Shown here: positions 24,301 through 30,444 of the stretch, one piece after another
Position numbering within the stretch: position 1 is the first letter of the stretch
Layout of the letters: the number at the start of each line of letters is the position of its first letter
Translations under genes and position numbers: made by a program
Notes under the pieces: generated by a model
What the model was told of the DNA's origin: nothing
Seen by the model: only the letters and a program-made list of their open reading frames with translations
Database searches by the model: none
Source: a virus
Strand: one strand, 5' to 3'
Length of the DNA: 56,542 nucleotides
Virus record (IMG/VR): IMGVR_UViG_3300045988_107080

Positions 24301-24450
24301 GCAATGCCTCGTTCTAGAACGACTTTGAGTCCAGCTAAAGTTAATCAGATTAAAGCAATGAGAGATTCCAATTACACAATTGGAGAAATAGCAAAGAAAC
24401 TTGGTGTTTCAACATCAACAGTTTCTGCATATTTGAAAGGAGTGAACTGA
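21361..24450 (+). CDS. candidate single-subunit two-barrel RNA polymerase (YonO / crAss gp66 / RdRP-like) with HTH-like termini
   Basis: LALIRYPHAGTFEIPILKV...LSGADFDGDTVMCIP parallels beta-prime NRAPTLHRLG...NADFDGDQM; ADFDGD is encoded at 23020-23037. N-terminal HTH-like GLGPTEIARKMS..NESTVRSLL and C-terminal YTIGEIAKKLGVSTSTVSAYLKG. No other RNAP subunits are present. Confidence 0.55.
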   Translation: MNPVAEEIMSYFGCSLDDEESLEHIGMPRRSGRYPWGSGKDPYQRNADFLARIELLKKEGWEETPENIKNEFGLTTTQYRTQKGLAKDERRMLKVSTAKSLKEDGLGPTEIARKMSERFGENINESTVRSLLDSKSESRMLKAKETADFIKKNVDEKGMILLGTGVDVELNISKEKLNQALALLEVEGYHVLGGRVPQASNPSQMTTIKVIAPPDTPYKINSKGQKVSSAVYDYNNIHTLKEYISRDGGNTFEKKFNYPESMDSNRLMIRYKEDGGIDKDGIVELRPGVADLSLGESRYSQVRIMVDGNKYIKGMAIYGDPKDFPDGVDVIFNTNKSKSVPKMDVLKTIKDDPDNPFGSLIKDAEQGGQYWYDPKTGKRVSATDPNVKDKKLGLINKRADEGDWTEWKDKLPSQFLSKQSVELAKKQLNLAEADKVAEFDEICSFPNPTVKKHLLTKFADECDSAAVHLQAAALPGQKYHVIIPVNTLKDNEIYAPGYEDGTKLALIRYPHAGTFEIPILKVNNKNELARDIIGTSSIDAVGINKNNADRLSGADFDGDTVMCIPTHDRKGKVRITSTDELKGLKGFDPKDAYGPDEVKKDSNGKLHYYRNGVEYRTMSEAHKQQQMGVASNLITDMTLKGATPSEIERAVRYSMVVIDAEKHHLDYKQCELDNNISGLKKDYQNGGASTIISRSKSIEPVPKRQGSPLINYKDKKWYDPSKPEGALIWKTADDIYYPIKKYDKKNNEIVISTEDGKKIRYKADDKEAASKYEPIKNVEPGTGRVYFTNKYGDIVYKTKIRTQDSTKMAETNDARTLISDANNPMEMLYADYANHMKSLANQARKETMSAGKIAYSKTAKEVYRKEVSDLNIKLNEALKNAPRERMANIKTAAEIDRKIKNIMDANPGMTRKEASKKLDIKKANQRALTKYRSELGAVARRDRSIKITDREWEAIQAGAVSETTLKKILNNTDIDDIKERAMPRSRTTLSPAKVNQIKAMRDSNYTIGEIAKKLGVSTSTVSAYLKGVN

Positions 24451-24704
24451 TGATGGAAAGTAAGTTTATGCTGACAACAGTCGATAATCCTTTTAATCCA
24501 TTCGAACAGTTTGCTTCTTGGCTTATGTTCGACATTGGTAAAGGTTATAACTCTTGTGCATACTTAGCTAGAATAGCAAATCCTACAGATGATATGTCTG
24601 ATCAAGAAATCGATGCTGAAATTGAACGAGCAATCGATGAAATCATCAAATATGATTTTCTTGGTATTTACAAGAAAATAAAAAGAAATAACACCGATAC
24701 ATAA
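24450..24704 (+). CDS. hypothetical conserved phage protein
   Basis: TGATG coupling to the upstream gene. TTVDNPFNPFEQFASWLMFD is a pattern I recall from other Firmicutes phages; function unknown. Confidence 0.5.
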   Translation: MMESKFMLTTVDNPFNPFEQFASWLMFDIGKGYNSCAYLARIANPTDDMSDQEIDAEIERAIDEIIKYDFLGIYKKIKRNNTDT

Positions 24705-24711
24705 AAGGATA

Positions 24712-24739
24712 GGGGGGGGGTCGCTAAAATTGCACCCCC
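24712..24739 (+). terminator. G9...C5 hairpin at the end of the early/middle region
   Basis: The G9 run (24712-24720) can pair with CCCCC (24735-24739) across a 14-nt loop. There is no clear T-tail, so terminator function is uncertain. Confidence 0.3.
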
Positions 24740-24790
24740 TCTTCGCATCGCCGGCCTCCTCAAAAATTCTCCGGGGGTAATTTTTATATT

Positions 24791-24816
24791 TTCAAGACCA
24801 TGTTTAAAAGAGTTCA
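24791..24816. repeat. inverted repeat, left arm (26 nt)
   Basis: TTCAAGACCATGTTTAAAAGAGTTCA. Reverse complement of 24961-24986 except for 2 adjacent positions. Confidence 0.9.
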
Positions 24817-24960
24817 CACTGGAACTGAAAGCCAGTGGCAGGGTAGAGAAGCTAAGGAGTTCTCGTTATATTCTACCTTCATCTTTCAGAATCACCTCTT
24901 CTTTAATTGTTTGCTTTCTCCTTTCTTAAAAAGTACATACAATCTTCTTATAACTCCTTA

Positions 24961-24986
24961 TGAACTCTTTTAAATGTGGTCTTGAA
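24961..24986. repeat. inverted repeat, right arm (26 nt)
   Basis: TGAACTCTTTTAAATGTGGTCTTGAA. Confidence 0.9.
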
Positions 24987-25070
24987 GTGATTCTTTTATA
25001 TTTGAAACAAGCTGGAAAGTTAGCAAAAAGTATTACTACATAATAATTATCAAAGGAGGTTAATTATTAA

Positions 25071-25386
25071 ATGCGTGTTCTTAAATTCAATGTAACCGGC
25101 CAAATTCTTAAAGCCGACAACAAGTGCGACTTTGATAATATTGTTGCAGGAAGTAAAAATTATCTGATTGCAGATTTTACATTCGATGACGAATGGAGCA
25201 AGTATAAAAAAAGTTGCTGTCTTTATAAATGGCAAAATTGAATACCCAGTTTTAATAGAAGAAAACAAATGTATTATCGATAATAACGCTCTTACTTCTG
25301 GGTGGTTTTATGTCTATGTTGTTGGGCAGCTACAAAACGAAAGAATAAACACAAATTCGGTTGGAGTAAGGCAGGTGCTTAGATAA
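25071..25386 (+). CDS. tail-fibre-module protein interrupted by a +1 frame change at an A7 run
   Basis: Frame 0 (25071-25241) reads MRVLKFNVTGQ...DFTFDDEWSKYKK and then ends after 9 more codons. The +1 frame continues VAVFINGKIEYPVLIEENK...VRQVLR to 25386. The switch point is the A7 run at 25206-25212. The joined 104-aa product reads as one domain. Confidence 0.55.
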
Positions 25387-27047
25387 TGCCAACAGTTGAT
25401 GAATTACTTAATGCTTCAAATGAAGTAACAACCTGTACAATTAATCCTGATACTCGCGAAATAATTGTTCCGGAAAAGTATAAAATTTTAGGAGTATTCT
25501 CTGACGAGAAAGTAACAAAGATTCCTTTTACTTGTCCGAGAGTTGTCGGAAATAATGTTGATCTCACAGAGTATAATCTTTATATAAATTATCAAAACGC
25601 AAGTGGCGCGAGTAATGCTTACTTAATAGACGATCTTGTTGTATCAGGAGACAACATTACATTTTCATGGTTGCTTTCAAGATATGTTACGTTTTCGCAA
25701 GGAGTTGTTAAATATAGTTTCTGTGCAAAGAAATTAGATGGCGATACGATTTCTAACGAATGGAATACAACCATTGCAACGGGCTTAGTTATTCAAGGTC
25801 TGGAAGCAACGCGAGAAATCATAGAAGAGAATCCAGACATAATTGAATCACTTATTTCCAAAGCACATACGCATGAAAACAAGTCGGTTCTTGACAAGTT
25901 TTCTGAAACCGACGGAAAGCCGACCTATAACGGCATAGCCATTGGTAGCGGTGGTACTGGTGGGGCATCAACCGCCGAAGACGTCAATTATACCAACACG
26001 CAGTTGCCGAACGTCGACAATGTCAAAGGCGCACTCGACGAGCTTATCCCTAAATCCCACACGCACGACAACAAGTGGGTGCTTGATAAGTTTGATGAAT
26101 TTTTTGGTAAGCCAATCTATGACGGCAAGGTTTTAGGCGAAGGTGTTTTTATAATTAAGGCAACTGCTAGTATGAACGACGACGGAACATATGAAGTAAT
26201 CAATCCCACATCAACTTTAGCAGAAATTGAAGCAGCCGTTGAAGACGGAAAAGTTCCGATTGCCTTGGTAGAAATTTCGCGAACATCCACTGTTATTTTA
26301 CAGTTGAAAAGCTGTGGGGAAGGAACCTGTATCTTCAGCACTATGTTGTACGGTACTGAGGCTCAGTTACATGTTGTGCAAGAAGATCAAGAAAGATGGT
26401 ACTTTATAATGAGTAGCCAACCGATAAGTGCAGAGAACGTTACCTATTATGATAAATCGGTAGAAGGCGCACTCGACGAGCTCGTTCCCAAATCCCACAC
26501 GCACGCTAACAAAGGCACACTCGACAAGCTCTCCGACTCAAACGGAAAGCTCCAATATAACGGCTCTGATGTCGGCTTAAAGGGCGATAAGGGAGACCCT
26601 GGCTCGGATGCAAATGTGACAAAAGACAATGTTATAACTGCACTCGGCTATACGCCGGAAGCGGTATCGGCACAGGTCTCCACAGGCTCAAACGTAACCC
26701 TTGCCGATAACACCGAGTACCGCCTCACCGATGTCACGACATTGACACTGACATATCCTACAGGCAACTTCGAGTGTTGGATGCGCTTAACCTTCGCGGC
26801 AAGCGGAAATATTACCGTTACTTTACCAACTGGCACAGAATATCTTGGTCCGACTCCTAATTTCAAAAATGGTGAGACGTGGGAACTCAGTTTTAAGGAC
26901 AAGGTTCTAGTTGCTCAGAAGGTTGGCGACAGCGGGGCAATTAGTGCCCCTGTCAAAGGCGTAGACTATTGGACGGAGCAAGATAAGCAGGAGATTGTTA
27001 ATGACGTCATAGCTGCCCTGCCCGATGGCACGGAGGTGAGTTACTGA
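25386..27047 (+). CDS. tail fibre protein with three HxH-type repeats
   Basis: TAATG coupling. The N-terminus resembles baseplate/fibre anchor domains. Three repeats: KAHTHENKSVLDKFSETDGKPTYNG, KSHTHDNKWVLDKFDEFFGKPIYDG and KSHTHANKGTLDKLSDSNGKLQYNG. Confidence 0.6.
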   Translation: MPTVDELLNASNEVTTCTINPDTREIIVPEKYKILGVFSDEKVTKIPFTCPRVVGNNVDLTEYNLYINYQNASGASNAYLIDDLVVSGDNITFSWLLSRYVTFSQGVVKYSFCAKKLDGDTISNEWNTTIATGLVIQGLEATREIIEENPDIIESLISKAHTHENKSVLDKFSETDGKPTYNGIAIGSGGTGGASTAEDVNYTNTQLPNVDNVKGALDELIPKSHTHDNKWVLDKFDEFFGKPIYDGKVLGEGVFIIKATASMNDDGTYEVINPTSTLAEIEAAVEDGKVPIALVEISRTSTVILQLKSCGEGTCIFSTMLYGTEAQLHVVQEDQERWYFIMSSQPISAENVTYYDKSVEGALDELVPKSHTHANKGTLDKLSDSNGKLQYNGSDVGLKGDKGDPGSDANVTKDNVITALGYTPEAVSAQVSTGSNVTLADNTEYRLTDVTTLTLTYPTGNFECWMRLTFAASGNITVTLPTGTEYLGPTPNFKNGETWELSFKDKVLVAQKVGDSGAISAPVKGVDYWTEQDKQEIVNDVIAALPDGTEVSY

Positions 27048-29035
27048 TGGCGAAGAAGCTATATGAAGAATCGTTAATTCAGGATATTGCTAACGCCATT
27101 CGTGAGAAAAATGGCGAGACAACCACCTACAAAATTGGAGAGATGGGAGCAGCAATAAAGGCTCTCTCGGGAGAAACAGAGACTTATACATTTAGTCAAG
27201 AACGCACAGAAGTCAGTAAGTTTTTAAGAGAAGTTACTTATAACCCTGCTGATTATACAATATCATCAATACCCAACTATGTCACTACCACTTCCTCTAA
27301 TCATCCCGAAGGTGTTTCTATTCAAATAAAAAAAGCAGGTAGTTTAGTTATAACTGATGGTAATACAAATAATACCATTACAAAAGCCGTTCAAGCCGGG
27401 GCAATTAAAATTTACAATTTGACCCCGAATATAATTTCTACCTTTTTTGTAATTGACTCTAATAACAAAATAATCCAACAAGGCACCATTAAGCCGACAG
27501 GAACTTGCCGCATGATCTATATGACAAATGTTGATAACGTACGCGATATTGGCGGATGGTCTTGTGATGGTGGCACAATAAAATATGGTAAGCTTTTTCG
27601 TGGCGGAGATGTTTATGGAGTTTTAACCGAGGATGGAGCTACACAGGCTCTTGATATGCTTGGAATTGAAAAAGAGATAGATTTAAGATTTGACTCAGAT
27701 TTAAATGGTAGAACTGAAAGTGGTTTTGGCAACTCTGTGGATATGCTTCATGTTGATATGACATGGAATGACTTAAATTACCAGAAAAATAGTGGCAATA
27801 TCAAAAAGATATTTGACCAATTATTTGACTATGTAATTGCGGGACATCCTACATACTTCCATTGTTCTGCTGGAGCTGATAGAACTGGAGTTGTTGCTCT
27901 TCTTTGTGAAGCGGTACTTGGTATGTCACAGTCAGATATGGATAAAGAATATGAGCTAACTTGCTTTTATTCCGGCGTGGAAAATGATAGTCAAGCCCGC
28001 CGAAGAAATGAGGCTATATGGACGAGAGAAATAAATATTATTAACTCTTATTCAGGAGCCACTTTTAGAGACAAAGCAGTTAATTATATGGTGTCATGCG
28101 GCATTACAATCGAGAAAATTAATGCTTTTAGAGCAGCAATGATTAACGGCACACCAGATATCCTAACAGCAGATATTAATACCTATACGGTAACAAAGAC
28201 ATTAACCAATATAACAACGGACAATAATGCAACGTCTGCGAAACAATATCAGCCATATATAGCGAAAATACTACCTGACGATGGGAAGATAATCGAAAAT
28301 GTTAAAGTAACAATGGGCGGAACAGATATTACCAGCGCGGTATTTGATGGTAATGTGACCGTACTAAGACGAGTAATAACAAAAAATCTTACACAATGTA
28401 CAAGTAGTAATACACGCACATATGCAATTAGTGGGCAGTCTTATGTAACAAATTTAACCGCCAATGAGGGGTATGACATTGATAGTGTAAGTATAACAAT
28501 GGGAGGTGTGGATGTGTCCACATTTTATAAAGACGGGATTGTTTCTATCCCAGAAGTAACAGGAGATATTGTAATAACAGCAACTGCAATTACACAAGGT
28601 CCCGCCTATACGAATCAGATTCCAATTAGTACGGATTCCACTGGCGCGATTTATAATAATATTGGATATAAAGATGGGTATCAAATAAGTGACAGTGGTG
28701 TTGATGAGGAACTGGGTCATAAATCTGTTACAGGGTTTATACCGATTAAGAAGGGCGATACAATTCGCATAAAAGGAGTCTACAACAATGATGTAACTTC
28801 ATGCCGAATGTGCGCTTATAATAGTTCTAAAGCTTTTGAAACGGCACGAAATGGAACAATATTTGCCTCAACTGGAGTCTATTCTTTATCAGGAGATGTA
28901 ATGACATATACTCCTAACGAGTATTTCGTGACTGATACCACTCGTTATTTTCGCTTTTCTTGTGACACCGGTGCGCACACAGGGGAAGAAGATGGCTCAA
29001 AGTTAATTATTACTATAAACGAAGAAATCGTCTAA
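27047..29035 (+). CDS. fibre-cluster protein with embedded protein-tyrosine-phosphatase-like (CX5R) domain and C-terminal Ig-like/binding domains
   Basis: NVRDIGGW...KLFRGGD...GIEKEIDLRFDSD...YFHCSAGADRTG (HCSAGADRTG is encoded at 27860-27889) matches the Y_phosphatase3-type P-loop. Two repeats of the form VxxTMGGxDxxS follow. Confidence 0.65.
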   Translation: MAKKLYEESLIQDIANAIREKNGETTTYKIGEMGAAIKALSGETETYTFSQERTEVSKFLREVTYNPADYTISSIPNYVTTTSSNHPEGVSIQIKKAGSLVITDGNTNNTITKAVQAGAIKIYNLTPNIISTFFVIDSNNKIIQQGTIKPTGTCRMIYMTNVDNVRDIGGWSCDGGTIKYGKLFRGGDVYGVLTEDGATQALDMLGIEKEIDLRFDSDLNGRTESGFGNSVDMLHVDMTWNDLNYQKNSGNIKKIFDQLFDYVIAGHPTYFHCSAGADRTGVVALLCEAVLGMSQSDMDKEYELTCFYSGVENDSQARRRNEAIWTREINIINSYSGATFRDKAVNYMVSCGITIEKINAFRAAMINGTPDILTADINTYTVTKTLTNITTDNNATSAKQYQPYIAKILPDDGKIIENVKVTMGGTDITSAVFDGNVTVLRRVITKNLTQCTSSNTRTYAISGQSYVTNLTANEGYDIDSVSITMGGVDVSTFYKDGIVSIPEVTGDIVITATAITQGPAYTNQIPISTDSTGAIYNNIGYKDGYQISDSGVDEELGHKSVTGFIPIKKGDTIRIKGVYNNDVTSCRMCAYNSSKAFETARNGTIFASTGVYSLSGDVMTYTPNEYFVTDTTRYFRFSCDTGAHTGEEDGSKLIITINEEIV

Positions 29036-29093
29036 ACTTGAAAACTCCCCAAAGGACGGCGCAAAATACGACGAATAACAGGAGGTATAGAAC

Positions 29094-29696
29094 ATGACCA
29101 GACGTCGGTTAATGATGCTTAAAAAATCAGGTGGTGGACTGCCCGAAGGCTATACCGCAGTCAATTATCTTGAAAGCACTGGTAGACAATATATTGATAC
29201 GGAAATAAGCGCTGCAATAGATTTGGGTGTGAAAATCAATTTTATGCCCAAATCTTCAGGACAGGCTTTCGGCGCGATAACATCTTTGAGAAAAGGATAC
29301 TATGGTGTAGAGTTTTCGCCAAGTAGAGGCATTACTGCTTACTGGGGAGCTGGTGGTATAGATATTAGAAAGAATTGGGAGGCAGGAGCTACTTACGAAA
29401 TTGATTTTAACTATCAAAATTCTGGCATAGCAATATTTAATGATGCTACTTTAGCGCTGCCATCGAACGGTGAAATAACACAAAATACCGTACATCTATT
29501 TAAGTTAAACGAGGGTACCACCCCTTACACCCAGTACATCAGCGGGCAAGCTTACGGAATGAAAATGACAAAGGGGCATGAAATTGTTCTTGATTTCCTA
29601 CCCGCTCTTAATCCTGACGGAGTACCTTGTATGTATGATGTTATTCGAAAAAAAGCATTTTATAATGCTGGAACGGGTGATTTCTTATGGGGGTGA
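29094..29696 (+). CDS. hypothetical fibre-associated protein
   Basis: RBS CAGGAGG. LPEGYTAVNYLESTGRQYIDTE is an N-terminal pattern I recall from many uncharacterised gut-phage proteins. Confidence 0.4.
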   Translation: MTRRRLMMLKKSGGGLPEGYTAVNYLESTGRQYIDTEISAAIDLGVKINFMPKSSGQAFGAITSLRKGYYGVEFSPSRGITAYWGAGGIDIRKNWEAGATYEIDFNYQNSGIAIFNDATLALPSNGEITQNTVHLFKLNEGTTPYTQYISGQAYGMKMTKGHEIVLDFLPALNPDGVPCMYDVIRKKAFYNAGTGDFLWG

Positions 29697-29700
29697 TTAA

Positions 29701-29982
29701 ATGTACGGAAAACTTATAGACGGCGAGCTTCGCGGTGCGCCGAGACCGATAAGAACGGCGGACGGAGACGTGTTTACAAACGCCCCGTCAATATATCTCG
29801 CTAATGGCTATAAGCCAATAATTTTAACCGATTGTCCATCCGATGGAAAGAATTACATAAGCTCGTGGACAGAAACAGAGACCGAAATCACGCAGGTGTG
29901 GACGGAAGTCCAGCAGACGGACGATGACCCGATATCAGACTCCGAGGCGCTTGAAATAATCACAGGGGGTACCGATGCATGA
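29701..29982 (+). CDS. hypothetical protein (GC-rich island)
   Basis: Clean ORF with GGGGG upstream. GC content is far above the genome background. Confidence 0.45.
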   Translation: MYGKLIDGELRGAPRPIRTADGDVFTNAPSIYLANGYKPIILTDCPSDGKNYISSWTETETEITQVWTEVQQTDDDPISDSEALEIITGGTDA

Positions 29983-30413
29983 CGCGAGCAGAAGCAAAAG
30001 CTTATCGTGACAAGATAGATGGCGTGTTGACTAAGGTCACTACAGACGCAGAAGCTTTACAATACGCAGAGCTTTATCCGCTTTGGAGCGGGTATATTGA
30101 TTATGCTGTCGGCAGTATAGTCCGCAGACCGAACGGGCTGTATAAGTGTTACAACGCAATAACGGCAAATCCGACATGGTTGCCGGAAAACACAGCTGCG
30201 CACTGGGAGCCTATCACGGTCGGCGAAGACGGCACGATAGATAACCCGATAATCGCTGCCGCTGGTATGAGGTATTTCAAGGGCAAGTACTATCTTGACG
30301 GCGGCAAAATTTACAGATGCACGCGCGATGACAGTAACGGTCAAGGAACTATAATGCAATATGTACCGTCGCAGCTTGTTGGAATTTACTTTGAAGAGGC
30401 GACCCAAAGTTAA
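29979..30413 (+). CDS. CBM5/12-like carbohydrate-binding protein (tentative)
   Basis: YAVGSIVRRPNGLYKCYNAITANPTWLPENTAAHWEPI resembles the chitin-binding W...Y..G..V...G..Y.C....W.P....W pattern. Confidence 0.4.
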   Translation: MTRAEAKAYRDKIDGVLTKVTTDAEALQYAELYPLWSGYIDYAVGSIVRRPNGLYKCYNAITANPTWLPENTAAHWEPITVGEDGTIDNPIIAAAGMRYFKGKYYLDGGKIYRCTRDDSNGQGTIMQYVPSQLVGIYFEEATQS

Positions 30414-30444
30414 TAAAAATCAAAATGGAGAGGAGGCGGGATAG

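Larger units (their letters stand above)
24791..24986 (+). ncRNA. candidate structured RNA or invertible/regulatory element closed by a 26-bp stem
   Basis: On the + strand the two arm mismatches become U-G and G-U wobbles; on the - strand they would be A-C mismatches. The 144-nt interior contains hairpin CACTGG-N9-CCAGTG (24817-24837) and complementary 9-mers TAAGGAGTT (24853-24861) and AACTCCTTA (24952-24960). Confidence 0.4.

Noticed and set aside
24791-24986. Could this be a retron-like msr/msd (inverted repeats flanking a structured non-coding segment)?
   Set aside because: There is no reverse transcriptase gene in the genome, and no obvious branching-G context. The region is kept as a generic structured-RNA or inverton candidate instead.
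24705-25070. tRNA or tmRNA in the large intergenic regions (also 19045-19240 and 56335-56457)
   Set aside because: I could not find a 7-bp acceptor stem with a T-arm GTTCRANYC-like box or a D-arm consensus in any of them. This was done by eye, and a tRNAscan-SE run would settle it.
26028-26505. Could the 40-bp repeat pair in the fibre gene be a DGR template/variable repeat?
   Set aside because: No reverse transcriptase is encoded anywhere in the window. The four mismatches (T/C, A/G, C/T, T/C) are not adenine-specific, and both copies are in-frame parts of the same ORF.
30057-30407. 116-aa minus-strand ORF in the fibre cluster
   Set aside because: It falls in the GC-rich island, where stop codons are rare in all frames. 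It fully overlaps a + strand ORF that has start/stop coupling (ATGCATGA).
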